In this document: piece by piece, positions 1 to 9,183 of the stretch
Layout of the letters: each line of letters begins with the position of its first letter
How positions within the stretch are numbered: position 1 is the stretch's first letter
Assembly: GCA_040388095.1 (NCBI GenBank)
Contig: JAZKCM010000001.1
Coordinates: 125,820-189,819, forward strand
Source of the DNA: Patescibacteria group bacterium
GTDB taxonomy: Bacteria; Patescibacteriota; Minisyncoccia; Phycocordibacterales; UBA9973
DNA: 64,000 nucleotides
Reading direction: 5' to 3'
Translations under genes and position numbers: made by a program
Notes under the pieces: model-generated
What the model was told of the DNA's origin: nothing
Seen by the model: only the letters and a program-made list of their open reading frames with translations
Databases searched by the model: none

Positions 1-342
1 TAAAATACAACAAAGGATAAGTATTAACCCTTGAAATATGGAATGATATAAAATCATAAAAGATACCATTGCCGTAACCAGCCAAAGAATGACAGTAACA
101 AAAACAAAGGTATCCTCATTTTCAGAAGCAAAAGTTTTCCCTTTCAATTTGTCATGATTTCGATCAAAATAATCATTGGTAAGCATTGTATTCATTGTTC
201 CTAATGCCACGATAAATGTAATCAATAAAACATAACCATCGATAGCTTTGTTCGCTAAAACGAAACTACTGATAACAAGCAAACTAGCAAAAATTGCCAT
301 TTGTATTCTGAGGCTTTCGAGCCATTTTACATATGTCTTCAT
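1..342 (-). CDS. UbiA-family prenyltransferase, N-terminal part (gene runs off the left edge)
   Basis: Own minus-strand translation from the ATG (rc of cat 340-342): MKTYVKWLESLRIQMAIFASLLVISSFVLANKAIDGYVLLITFIVALGTMNTMLTNDYFDRNHDKLKG... It has hydrophobic helices and the Asp-rich motif NDYFDRNHD (NDxxDxxxD) typical of UbiA prenyltransferases. No stop before position 1. Confidence 0.5.
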   Translation of the reverse strand, partial: MKTYVKWLESLRIQMAIFASLLVISSFVLANKAIDGYVLLITFIVALGTMNTMLTNDYFDRNHDKLKGKTFASENEDTFVFVTVILWLVTAMVSFMILYHSIFQGLILILCCIL

Positions 343-473
343 ATTTTCTATTTTTATGTGAGATGTCTAAGAACTTTTCCTAAACTATTTAAACATAAAA
401 TACCACATAAACAGAGTAAAAGCAAATACTTGAAATAATTCATAAAAAAATGTACTATTTGTGGGTATTCTAT

Positions 474-545
474 GCGCGATTAGCTCAGTGGTAGAGCGAC
501 CCCTTGACGTGGGGTAGGCCGGGGGTTCAATCCCCTCATCGCGCA
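474..545 (+). tRNA. tRNA-Val (anticodon GAC)
   Basis: Hand-folded cloverleaf: acceptor GCGCGAT/ATCGCGC, D arm GCTC-AGTGGTA-GAGC, anticodon arm ACCCC-TTGACGT-GGGGT, T arm GGGGG-TTCAATC-CCCTC, discriminator A. No encoded CCA. Confidence 0.9.
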
Positions 546-690
546 CAAGTGCAGAATAAAGGAAACTGCTTTTCTTTATTCGCCTTGTGCGAGGCGGAGC
601 CATATTTTTTCAGCAGAAAAAAATAGCGAGCCAGGGTCGTGAAAATTTTGCTTTGACGAAAGCAAAATTATTCCTGACCACAGTAAACAC
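546..690 (+). ncRNA. Candidate structured RNA fused to the tRNA-Val trailer (copy A of a 2-copy motif)
   Basis: Shares the blocks TTGTGCGAGGCGGAG, GAGCCAGGGTCGTG, AAAATT and TGACCACA with 33433-33545. The three intervening hairpins differ in sequence between copies but stay self-complementary. The frame has no protein-like conservation between copies. Confidence 0.4.
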
Positions 691-703
691 AACAACAAAT
701 TTT

Positions 704-1753
704 ATGAAAATCCTCAGCATTGAAACATCCTGCGATGAAACAGGTATCACTATATTAAATATATCTGGAAATGAAAAAAATCCAGTTTTTGAGGTGATCG
801 CAAATAGCCTCGCTTCACAAATAAAAATCCACGCAGAGTACGGCGGTGTCTATCCTGCACTCGCAAAAAGAGAGCATATAAAAAATCTACCGATACTTTT
901 GGGAAAAACTTTAAAGAAAGTAGGTTTAGAAAAAAATAAAAAGCCTGTCAATATGATCGCTGTGACTTCCGGCCCAGGCCTCGAGCCTGCGCTTTGGACG
1001 GGCATAGTTTTTGCAAAAGAATTAGGTAAAAAATGGAATGTGCCTGTCGTACCTGTAAACCATATGGAAGGTCATATTTTGTCAGTCTTTGCGAAAAAAG
1101 GAAAATTCAAGATTCCACAAATCAAATTCCCTGCGCTTTCATTACTTGTTTCCGGTGGGCATACCGAGCTAGTACTTGTGAAAGATTGGATGAAATATAA
1201 AAAAATCGGTGAGACGTGCGACGATGCAGCCGGCGAAGCATTTGATAAAGTCGCACGAATGCTTTCACTATCGTATCCTGGCGGTCCGCAGATTTCAAAA
1301 TTAGCAGCTTTAGGCAGAAAAAATCTTTCTAAAAATGAGATAACTCTTCCTCGCCCAATGATGTATTCAAAAAATTATGATTTTTCATTTTCAGGTCTCA
1401 AGACTGCAGTACTTTACCTAATCCAAAAAATCGGTAAGCTCGATGATAAAACAAAAATTGCTATTGCAACAGAATTTGAAAATGCTGTCGTCGATGTACT
1501 CACTCACAAAACAATTAAAGCAATAAAAGAACATAAAATACAAACACTCATCGTCGCTGGAGGTGTCGCTGCAAATACAGAGCTCAAGAAAATTCTTAAA
1601 AAGAAGATAAAAGAAAATAAATTAAATACAGAGATACTTTTCCCAAATAAAAGCCTATCGACAGATAATGCAATTATGATCGCCCTCGTCGGCTATTTCC
1701 GCAGGAAAAACAAGAAAACCAACATAAAAGCTGATGGCGGACTTTCTCTTTAA
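704..1753 (+). CDS. tsaD: tRNA N6-adenosine threonylcarbamoyltransferase TsaD (Kae1/Gcp family)
   Basis: ORF 587..1753, with the start moved to ATG 704 (MKILSIETSCDETG is the family N-terminus). Contains the VNHMEGH metal site and SGGHTEL. The upstream GTG extension covers the noncoding motif. Confidence 0.9.
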   Translation: MKILSIETSCDETGITILNISGNEKNPVFEVIANSLASQIKIHAEYGGVYPALAKREHIKNLPILLGKTLKKVGLEKNKKPVNMIAVTSGPGLEPALWTGIVFAKELGKKWNVPVVPVNHMEGHILSVFAKKGKFKIPQIKFPALSLLVSGGHTELVLVKDWMKYKKIGETCDDAAGEAFDKVARMLSLSYPGGPQISKLAALGRKNLSKNEITLPRPMMYSKNYDFSFSGLKTAVLYLIQKIGKLDDKTKIAIATEFENAVVDVLTHKTIKAIKEHKIQTLIVAGGVAANTELKKILKKKIKENKLNTEILFPNKSLSTDNAIMIALVGYFRRKNKKTNIKADGGLSL

Positions 1754-1769
1754 ATGCTAGTATATAAGG

Positions 1770-3926
1770 ATGGAAATCAACGAAAAGCTTTTAAAACCAT
1801 ACGATCCGACCAATACAGAAAAAAGAATTTACGAACTTTGGGAAAAGTCTGGTTTTTTTAATCCTGACAATCTCCCGGATGAAAGGAAGGATGCTTTTAC
1901 AATAATCATGCCTCCACCGAATGTTACTGGTGTACTCCACATGGGTCATGCACTTATGATCACACTTGAAGACATCATGATCCGTTATAAAAGAATGAGC
2001 GGATTCAAAACTCTCTGGCTTCCAGGTACAGACCACGCAGCGATAGCGACTCAATCAAAAGTAGAAAAAGAAATACAAAAAAAAGAAGGACTTTCACGTC
2101 ACGATCTCGGCCGTGAAGAAATGTTAAGTAGAGTACGAACATTTGCACAAGAAAGCCATGACACTATCGTCTCACAAGTAAAAATTATGGGAGCGAGTTG
2201 TGATTGGTCACGTGAAGCATTTACCCTCGATGAAAAAAGAAATCTTGCTGTAAATACAATATTTAAAAAAATGTACGATGATGGACTTATTTATCGTGGA
2301 AATAGAATCGTGAACTGGGATCCAAAAGGACAAACAACAATCTCTGATGATGAAATCGTGTACCAAGAAAGAATGTCAAAGATGTATACATTCAAGTATT
2401 CAAAAGACTTCCCTATTGCTATCTCAACAACACGCCCAGAGACAAAAGTCGGTGACGTAGCGGTCGCTGTGCATCCGGAAGATATTCGTTACAAAGAATT
2501 CGTCGGCAAAGAATACGATTTAGAATTCTGTGGAGTTCCAATTCATATTAAAATAATCGCTGACAGTGCTGTCGAAAAAGATTTTGGTACTGGTGCACTC
2601 GGTGTGACTCCAGCTCATTCGATGACCGACTGGGAAATAGCAGATAGACATAATCTCCTTCGTCCGCAAGTTATCAACGAATATGCAAAGATGTCTGTTG
2701 GTGGAGAAAATCTACTTGGTAAGAAAGTAACTGAAGCGAGAGAGATAGTAGCGGCTTGGCTCCGTGAGCAAAATCTTTTAGAAAAAGAAGAAGATGTGAA
2801 GCAAAACATCGGTACAGCAGAGCGTACAGGTGGTATTATAGAACCACTTCCAAAACTCCAATGGTTCATAGATGTAAATAAACCAATACCAGAAAGAGAA
2901 AATAAAACACTCAAAGATTTGATGCGTGAGCCTTTTGAAAATTCAGAGATACAAATAATTCCTGATTATTTTTCTAAAACCTATTTTCATTGGATAGAAA
3001 ATCTTCGTGACTGGTGTATTTCCCGCCAGATTTGGTATGGTCACCGTATTCCTGTTTGGTATAAAAACGAAGAAATTTTTGTAGGAATTGAAAAACCTGA
3101 TGGAGATGATTGGAAACAAGACGAAGACACGCTCGACACTTGGTTCTCTTCCGGGCTTTGGAGTTTCTCTACGCTCGGCTGGCCAGAGAAAACGAAAGAC
3201 TTGGAAACATATCACCCGACCGATGTACTCGAAACTGGATACGAGATCCTTTTCTTCTGGGTTGCAAGAATGGTACTTATGACAAAATATGCGCTCAACG
3301 AAATACCGTTCAAAAAAGTTTTCCTACACGGCACAGTACGCGATGGACAAGGACGCAAGATGTCGAAATCTCTCGGCAACGGAATCGACCCACTCGATAT
3401 TGCAGAAAAATTCGGAGCTGATGCAGGACGAATGGCTCTCGTCGTCGGCACTGCTCCAGGTACAGACAGTAAAGTATCGGAAGATAAAATCAAAGGCTAC
3501 AAAAATTTCGCAAACAAGATCTGGAATATCACACGCTTTGTTTTAGACAATGTTAGTGAAGATAATTTTGAAAATGAAGTAGAGAATGAACTTACGAAAG
3601 AATTCAAGAAAATTATAGAAGACATTACTGCAGATATGGAAAACTATCGCTTTCACTTAGCTTCAGAAAAAATCTATCATTTTATCTGGCACAGATTTGC
3701 AGATGAGCTCATCGAAGAAAGTAAAGAAATCATCAAAGCTGGCGGAGAAAAAGCAGAAGAAAGAAAAAATACCCTCGTCTCAATCTGGAAAGACTGTTTG
3801 AAAGTACTTCATCCATTTATGCCATTCGTCACAGAAGAAATCTGGTCGATACTTCCTATTAAAGATAGAAATCTCTTAATTATTGAAAAATGGCCCTTCG
3901 ACCATGCTCAGGACAAGCCACAGTAA
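1770..3926 (+). CDS. valS: Valyl-tRNA synthetase (short form, 718 aa)
   Basis: HIGH-type motif PPPNVTGVLHMGHA, KMSKS motif KMSKSLGN, and a CP1 editing-domain region (TTRPETKVGDVAVAV). Confidence 0.9.
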   Translation: MEINEKLLKPYDPTNTEKRIYELWEKSGFFNPDNLPDERKDAFTIIMPPPNVTGVLHMGHALMITLEDIMIRYKRMSGFKTLWLPGTDHAAIATQSKVEKEIQKKEGLSRHDLGREEMLSRVRTFAQESHDTIVSQVKIMGASCDWSREAFTLDEKRNLAVNTIFKKMYDDGLIYRGNRIVNWDPKGQTTISDDEIVYQERMSKMYTFKYSKDFPIAISTTRPETKVGDVAVAVHPEDIRYKEFVGKEYDLEFCGVPIHIKIIADSAVEKDFGTGALGVTPAHSMTDWEIADRHNLLRPQVINEYAKMSVGGENLLGKKVTEAREIVAAWLREQNLLEKEEDVKQNIGTAERTGGIIEPLPKLQWFIDVNKPIPERENKTLKDLMREPFENSEIQIIPDYFSKTYFHWIENLRDWCISRQIWYGHRIPVWYKNEEIFVGIEKPDGDDWKQDEDTLDTWFSSGLWSFSTLGWPEKTKDLETYHPTDVLETGYEILFFWVARMVLMTKYALNEIPFKKVFLHGTVRDGQGRKMSKSLGNGIDPLDIAEKFGADAGRMALVVGTAPGTDSKVSEDKIKGYKNFANKIWNITRFVLDNVSEDNFENEVENELTKEFKKIIEDITADMENYRFHLASEKIYHFIWHRFADELIEESKEIIKAGGEKAEERKNTLVSIWKDCLKVLHPFMPFVTEEIWSILPIKDRNLLIIEKWPFDHAQDKPQ

Positions 3927-3929
3927 AAA

Positions 3930-4622
3930 ATGACTAACGATCCAAAAATCCTAGGGCTCGCACTGTTAGGAGGAGTTCTTCCTGCGCTTATTTGGCTCTG
4001 GTTTTGGCTTCGTGAAAATGACGAAAAACCAGAGCCAAAAGGAACACTCATACTTTGTTTCTTACTTGGAATGATTGCAGTCATTATCGTCCTTCCTATT
4101 GAGAAATTTTTACAAACACACATAAATTCACAACAATTACAGATTGTTTCTTGGGCAAGTGTCGAGGAATTGGTAAAATATTTAGTAATTTTCATAGCGC
4201 TCTTCAACAGCACACAAATAAAAAGTCCTCTTGATTATGCTATTTATATTATTACCACAGCACTCGGCTTCGCTGCACTTGAAAATACATTTTTTCTCAT
4301 CAAGCCACTTTCACTCGACCACTCCACTGTCGGACTTCTGACAAGCCAGCTTCGCTTCCTTGGTTCTACACTACTTCACTCTGTTTCAAGTGGACTCATT
4401 GGTATTTCATTAGGTCTAGCTTTCTATATGGGACAATTTGCAAAGAAAATATATCTTTTTATTGGTATCATCGCAGCGATTGCCTTGCATACTGCCTTTA
4501 ATTTTTTTATAATAGAGAATAACGGAAACAATTTTTTAAGTGTCTTTGCATTGCTTTGGGTCGTCACCGTCATCAATATGCTTCTTTTGGAAAAATTAAG
4601 GAGAATGAGTGGTGAATATTAA
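3930..4622 (+). CDS. PrsW-family intramembrane protease-like membrane protein
   Basis: Polytopic membrane protein of 230 aa. Contains EELVK (EExxK-like) and ALHTAFNF (HxxxN) motifs in hydrophobic helices, as in the PrsW family. Confidence 0.5.
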   Translation: MTNDPKILGLALLGGVLPALIWLWFWLRENDEKPEPKGTLILCFLLGMIAVIIVLPIEKFLQTHINSQQLQIVSWASVEELVKYLVIFIALFNSTQIKSPLDYAIYIITTALGFAALENTFFLIKPLSLDHSTVGLLTSQLRFLGSTLLHSVSSGLIGISLGLAFYMGQFAKKIYLFIGIIAAIALHTAFNFFIIENNGNNFLSVFALLWVVTVINMLLLEKLRRMSGEY

Positions 4623-4649
4623 AATTATTAAATAACTATAAAATATATT

Positions 4650-5108
4650 ATGAAAAAAAGATCATTTTTTGAAAGACTTACAGGAAGTGTCGATATGGAC
4701 GAATACACAGAAGAAACAAAAACTATCTCTGTGCAAGGAAATAAAAAAGAAAATCCTGCATGGATGGAAGAAGAGGAAGATGCAGAGCTCACTGTGGACG
4801 TCTACCAAACTCCAAATGACATCGTCGTACAGACAATGGTCGCTGGTGTGCGCCCTGAAGATCTTGAAATCACGATTACTCGAGATATGATTTCAATTCG
4901 TGGTAAGCGCGAAGAATCCCGCACAATCAATGAAGATAATTATTTCAGTAAAGAGCTTTACTGGGGATCATTCTCAAGAACTATTTCCCTTCCTGAAGAA
5001 GTCGATCCAGAAGAATCAGAAGCGACAGAAAAACACGGCTTGCTCACTATCAAGCTTCCAAAGATAGATAAAGAAAAGAAAAAGAACGTTAAAGTAAAAT
5101 CACTCTAG
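4650..5108 (+). CDS. Hsp20/alpha-crystallin small heat-shock protein
   Basis: Alpha-crystallin domain pattern: VDVYQTPNDIVVQTMVAGVRPEDLEITI...FSRTISLPEEVDPEESEATEKHGLLTIKLPK. Confidence 0.85.
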   Translation: MKKRSFFERLTGSVDMDEYTEETKTISVQGNKKENPAWMEEEEDAELTVDVYQTPNDIVVQTMVAGVRPEDLEITITRDMISIRGKREESRTINEDNYFSKELYWGSFSRTISLPEEVDPEESEATEKHGLLTIKLPKIDKEKKKNVKVKSL

Positions 5109-5113
5109 AAATT

Positions 5114-5138
5114 AAAAAACCGCTTATAGCGGTTTTTT
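5114..5138. terminator. Bidirectional intrinsic terminator (hsp20 / tRNA-Phe)
   Basis: Stem AACCGCT, loop TAT, stem AGCGGTT, flanked by an A-run upstream and a T-run downstream. Lies between convergent genes. Confidence 0.75.
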
Positions 5139-5146
5139 AATTAATG

Positions 5147-5219
5147 TGCCGAGGACCAGATTTGAACTGGTGACATCTCCCTCTTCAGGGGAGCGCTCTA
5201 CCAACTGAGCTACCTCGGC
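5147..5219 (-). tRNA. tRNA-Phe (anticodon GAA)
   Basis: The rc reads GCCGAGGTAGCTCAGTTGGTAGAGCGCTCCCCTGAAGAGGGAGATGTCACCAGTTCAAATCTGGTCCTCGGCA. The anticodon loop is CTGAAGA. Confidence 0.9.
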
Positions 5220-5238
5220 AATGGTAATATTTTTAAAA

Positions 5239-5532
5239 TTATCTCGGCAATTTAGTTCCGAGATTTCTTATATTGTTCAGTTCTGTCTGAGAAGTCTGAA
5301 AAATATTAATCATTTGATCTACATATGGCTGTGCAAATGTATATGCTCCGTAAGAAACAATCAAAACAAGAATCCAGTAAAAAATACGCATTATTGATGC
5401 CATTTTTTGAGAACGACGAATATGCTTTAGCATTTTGTGATTCTCCTGAGAAAGCTCTAGAGTTTCCTCTAACATCTGTTTTTCTTCTGGATTCATAAAA
5501 GTTATATTATCATAAAAAGACACAAAAGCCAA
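5239..5532 (-). CDS. Hypothetical small membrane protein (97 aa)
   Basis: ORF-track ORF with one clear hydrophobic helix (IFYWILVLIVSYGAY). No recognisable family. Confidence 0.5.
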   Translation of the reverse strand: MAFVSFYDNITFMNPEEKQMLEETLELSQENHKMLKHIRRSQKMASIMRIFYWILVLIVSYGAYTFAQPYVDQMINIFQTSQTELNNIRNLGTKLPR

Positions 5533-5540
5533 TAAATCTG

Positions 5541-5612
5541 TGCCCTCGGTACGAATCGAACGTGCATCTATTCCTTAGGACGGAACTGTTCTATCCATTG
5601 AACTACGAGGGC
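5541..5612 (-). tRNA. tRNA-Arg (anticodon CCU)
   Basis: The rc reads GCCCTCGTAGTTCAATGGATAGAACAGTTCCGTCCTAAGGAATAGATGCACGTTCGATTCGTACCGAGGGCA. The anticodon loop is GTCCTAA. Confidence 0.85.
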
Positions 5613-5623
5613 TATACGGCCTC

Positions 5624-5857
5624 CTAGAGGCCTAGTAATTCGACTATCTTCGGTTTGTTGAAGCCGACGATCAAGTCCTCACCGATGACGATGACTGGCA
5701 CGCCCATCTGCCCGCTCTGCTCGATGATCTGTGCCCTTTTTTCCATATCAGCAGCGACATCGTATTCAGTATACGGTACGTTTTTTTCTTTGAAGAATTC
5801 TTTTGCCATATGACAGAAGTGGCAGTTTGGAGTTGAATAAATGGTGACGTCTTTCAT
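5624..5857 (-). CDS. Glutaredoxin-like protein (NrdH/YruB-type)
   Basis: 77 aa with the CxxC redox motif TPNCHFCHMAK and a GVPVIVIG thioredoxin-fold segment. Confidence 0.8.
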   Translation of the reverse strand: MKDVTIYSTPNCHFCHMAKEFFKEKNVPYTEYDVAADMEKRAQIIEQSGQMGVPVIVIGEDLIVGFNKPKIVELLGL

Positions 5858-5904
5858 AAAATATAAAAATTAATAAGTAATATCTCTATTATACTCGAAG
5901 AATT

Positions 5905-6309
5905 TTAAACAACCAAATCATCAAAATTTCCCTCGAATTTACTTGTTTTTACCAGAAGATTGTCTATCCAATGATAGTTCCCTCCTCTTGGTTTGTTGAA
6001 AATGATATTGTGATATTTGAAACCGTGTTCCTCGAGCCATTTCTTTGTTATGTCTCCGTGCTCTACGTCTCTGCGTGAAGTAAAAAATGTAATGATGTTC
6101 CCTGCATCGTACCATTCATTGATGCGCCTTTTTGCATTAGGCATTTCTTCCGCTGTCGCCATACGCTCTGGCTCTTCATTTGGAATGTCATCACAAATCG
6201 TACCATCTATATCGATAATTAGGTTCTGTATTTTTGAAGAAAGAAGCGGGCTTGCATGCCTGCCTTTCTCATCCAATGTGATTTGTAAATCAATTGTTGT
6301 TTCTATCAT
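5905..6309 (-). CDS. HAD-superfamily phosphatase-like protein
   Basis: Contains HAD motif I in IIDIDGTICDD (DxDGT). Small 134 aa single-domain protein. Confidence 0.55.
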   Translation of the reverse strand: MIETTIDLQITLDEKGRHASPLLSSKIQNLIIDIDGTICDDIPNEEPERMATAEEMPNAKRRINEWYDAGNIITFFTSRRDVEHGDITKKWLEEHGFKYHNIIFNKPRGGNYHWIDNLLVKTSKFEGNFDDLVV

Positions 6310-6354
6310 AAGTCTTATAGTAGCAAAATAAAAAATATTTTGGAAGTATTTTTT

Positions 6355-6723
6355 TTATTTAAACAAATTTCTTATTCGCGCCCAAAAAGATAATTTTGTT
6401 TTTTGTGTTTGAGGAGTGTCATCATCCAAAACAACAATTAGTCCCTCCCCGTCTTTCGCAAGAGCAAATTTATTACGAATGTTTTCTTCGACACCGGCAT
6501 CGGTATTAAGCCTTTCTATTTCCAAATTTAGACGATCCTTTTCTTTCTGCAAATTAGTGACTTTCTCTTGCGCTATTACTTTATTTTCTCGTGTTTCGAA
6601 TGCTTTAATAGAAAATCTAATAACGTTATAAAGAAAAAAAACAACAAAACAAAGAAAGATCAATAAAACGATCTTTGAATGTATGAGTCGGTCTATAAAA
6701 CGATCATCTTGAAAATTCTTCAT
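6355..6723 (-). CDS. Septum-formation-initiator (FtsB/DivIC)-like protein
   Basis: An N-terminal TM helix is followed by a coiled coil (VTNLQKEKDRLNLEIERLNTD). Size and layout fit DivIC/FtsB. Confidence 0.5.
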   Translation of the reverse strand: MKNFQDDRFIDRLIHSKIVLLIFLCFVVFFLYNVIRFSIKAFETRENKVIAQEKVTNLQKEKDRLNLEIERLNTDAGVEENIRNKFALAKDGEGLIVVLDDDTPQTQKTKLSFWARIRNLFK

Positions 6724-6875
6724 AATCTGATACTATGATTATACATTAATAGTGATTATTTTATAACATGCTTTTAAACCCAAAACACAAAAAGAAAATA
6801 CAAATTATCTGGGGAGTACTCTGCGTACTCATCATAGCGAGTATGATTATGCTCTATATGCCTTCCTTTCAGTAA

Positions 6876-8678
6876 TTAGTTATCTCCTGAACGCATCATC
6901 TTGAGAAAGACTTCCTGTGGAATATTCACCCTTCCACGCTCTTTCATTTTCTTCTTTCCGCTCTTCTGTTTCTCTCGAAGCTTCATTTTTCGAGTGATGT
7001 CTCCGCCATACATATGCTGAGTTACGTCCTTCATAAATGCTTGAGTCGTACGTGAGGAAATAATTTTCCCTAATGCTTTACCTTGGATCTTGGTAGCGAA
7101 CATCTGTCTTGGCAAAAGCGAATGCAATTTCTCGACTGCTTCTTCCGCATCTTCTTGAACTCTCTTCCTAGAGACAACACGAGAAAATGCTGGCACTATT
7201 TCGTCTGCGACGAGTAAGTCGAGGCGAGTAACATTCGCATCACGCATCTCACCTATCTCATATGAAATTGAAGCATAACCAGATGAAACACTTTTTAATT
7301 CATCAAAGAAATTGCGCATCAGTTCACGCAGAGGCATCTTGAGTGAGACAGATGTTCTGTTGTCTCCAAAACTTTCTGTGTCGCCGACTTCTGCTTCGTG
7401 TATGAAAAGCAATTGCATAATCGGGCCAAGGTAAATGGATGGTGTGATAATTTTTACAAATACCCATGGTTCAAAGACTTCTTTAATATCACCTTCTTCG
7501 GGGAAGAAGTATGGCGAATATATTTTCACTTTCTTTCCATTATTTAGTAATACTTCGTATGTGATAGACGGCGTCGTGACGACGAGACTCAAATTGAATT
7601 CCCTTTTCAATCGTTCAATGATTATTTCCAAATGAAGCATACCAAGAAATCCGCAACGAAAACCACGCCCGAGCGAGCCTGATGATTCTTCTTCGTATGA
7701 AAAAGCAGAATCTGAAAGTTTCAATTTACCAAAAGATGCTTTCAAGTCATTGAATTGGTCTGCATCTTCTGGGAAAACAGAAGCCCAGACGACAGGCCTC
7801 GGTTGCATATATCCAGGAAGCGGTGGGAGCGGATTCTTAAGCATCGTGATCGTATCTCCGACACTCGCAATACCCGGCTTCTTAATACCAGTGACTATGT
7901 AACCTGTTTCTCCTGCAGAGAGGAATTCGCGAGGAGTTTCTTCAGGAGAAAATGTGCCGACTTCGAGAGAAATAAATTTTTCTTTTGATGCAGAGAAAAT
8001 AAGATTTTCATTTTTTGAAATTTTACCGTCGAGCACACGAGCATAGACGATGACTCCTTTATGATTTGAATATTTAAAATCGAAAACGAGTGCACGGAAA
8101 TTATTTCCATCTACATATGTTTCTGTCGGAGGTGGAACACGCTTTACTACTTCAGCAAGCAATTCTGCTACACCTTCGCCTGTACGCCCAGAAACTAAAA
8201 GAATTTCGTCTGGATCACAATTTAAAAGCTTTATAACTTCTTCTTTTACATCTTCGACACGAGAAAGTGGTGAATCGATTTTTGAAAGCACTGGAATTAT
8301 TTTAAGTCCACCTTCGCGAGCCATAGCGAGCGTAGTCAATGTCTGTGCCTGCACACCTTGCGTTGAGTCAACGAGAAGTATCGAGCCTTCGACGGCTTTA
8401 AGTGCACGGGAAACTTCATAAGAGAAATCTATATGCCCAGGAGTGTCGATGAGATTTAATGTGTAATTTTGCTCATCATTTTTGTATTCCATTCTTACAG
8501 GTTGCATCTTAATTGTGATGCCACGCTCACGCTCAAGTTCCATACTATCGAGTACTTGGTCACGCATTTTACGTGTTTCTATAGTGTGTGTAATTTCGAG
8601 CATTCGATCAGCCAAAGTAGACTTACCGTGGTCTATATGGGCGATAATGCTGAAATTCCTAATATGTTTCAAATCCAT
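6876..8678 (-). CDS. lepA: Elongation factor 4 (LepA)
   Basis: Contains G1 IIAHIDHGKSTLADR, G3 DTPGHIDF and a LepA C-terminal region. 600 aa. Confidence 0.95.
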   Translation of the reverse strand: MDLKHIRNFSIIAHIDHGKSTLADRMLEITHTIETRKMRDQVLDSMELERERGITIKMQPVRMEYKNDEQNYTLNLIDTPGHIDFSYEVSRALKAVEGSILLVDSTQGVQAQTLTTLAMAREGGLKIIPVLSKIDSPLSRVEDVKEEVIKLLNCDPDEILLVSGRTGEGVAELLAEVVKRVPPPTETYVDGNNFRALVFDFKYSNHKGVIVYARVLDGKISKNENLIFSASKEKFISLEVGTFSPEETPREFLSAGETGYIVTGIKKPGIASVGDTITMLKNPLPPLPGYMQPRPVVWASVFPEDADQFNDLKASFGKLKLSDSAFSYEEESSGSLGRGFRCGFLGMLHLEIIIERLKREFNLSLVVTTPSITYEVLLNNGKKVKIYSPYFFPEEGDIKEVFEPWVFVKIITPSIYLGPIMQLLFIHEAEVGDTESFGDNRTSVSLKMPLRELMRNFFDELKSVSSGYASISYEIGEMRDANVTRLDLLVADEIVPAFSRVVSRKRVQEDAEEAVEKLHSLLPRQMFATKIQGKALGKIISSRTTQAFMKDVTQHMYGGDITRKMKLREKQKSGKKKMKERGRVNIPQEVFLKMMRSGDN

Positions 8679-8709
8679 AGCATTATCTTAGCAGAAAATT
8701 GGGAAAAAT

Positions 8710-9180
8710 TCAGCTCTTTGGCATTTCTATACCTCGGTCTTCGAGTGTACGCTTGATGTGAATAAAAAGATATATAACACGACCGAGCATAACGCCAGCA
8801 AGAAAACTAAAAGTAAAAGCAGTAAGCAAAACGCCGTGAAGCCAGTTTTCTAAAATGCGTTCTCTATATATACTAAAAATCGTGTATGGAACGAGAATAA
8901 TAAAACCGAGTACATCGATGCGAGCGATAACTTTTTTTTCATTCTGATTCCAACGAATCTTAAATGCTCTTCCTGTTAAAATACCGACTACGAATCCGAC
9001 TACGAGACCAATGCTCGCCAAGAATATTCCTATCTTATTTTCAAAAACATTAAAAATGATGAGTCCTGCCATTATAAGGAAAATTATAATGAAAATCATT
9101 ACTCTAAAAAATAATGATTTATCTAAATGCTTTTTCGCAAAAGTATGATGTTCTTTGATATTATTTAAAATTCTTTTCAT
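8710..9180 (-). CDS. Hypothetical polytopic membrane protein (156 aa)
   Basis: Four predicted hydrophobic helices. No family recognised. Confidence 0.55.
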   Translation of the reverse strand: MKRILNNIKEHHTFAKKHLDKSLFFRVMIFIIIFLIMAGLIIFNVFENKIGIFLASIGLVVGFVVGILTGRAFKIRWNQNEKKVIARIDVLGFIILVPYTIFSIYRERILENWLHGVLLTAFTFSFLAGVMLGRVIYLFIHIKRTLEDRGIEMPKS

Positions 9181-9183
9181 AAA

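Noticed and set aside
385-603. 72 aa minus-strand ORF
   Set aside because: It is the antisense translation of tRNA-Val plus the structured trailer (..GIEPPAYPTSRGRSTTELIAHR is a typical tRNA-antisense artefact).
587-703. GTG-initiated N-terminal extension of tsaD
   Set aside because: The extension covers the noncoding RNA motif. The family N-terminus MKILSIETSCDETG starts at ATG 704.
6768-6875. 35 aa plus-strand mini-ORF (MLLNPKHKKKIQIIWGVLCVLIIASMIMLYMPSFQ) abutting the lepA stop
   Set aside because: It has a plausible single TM helix, but no promoter or RBS evidence that I can see, and it is too short to evaluate. I did not call it as a feature.
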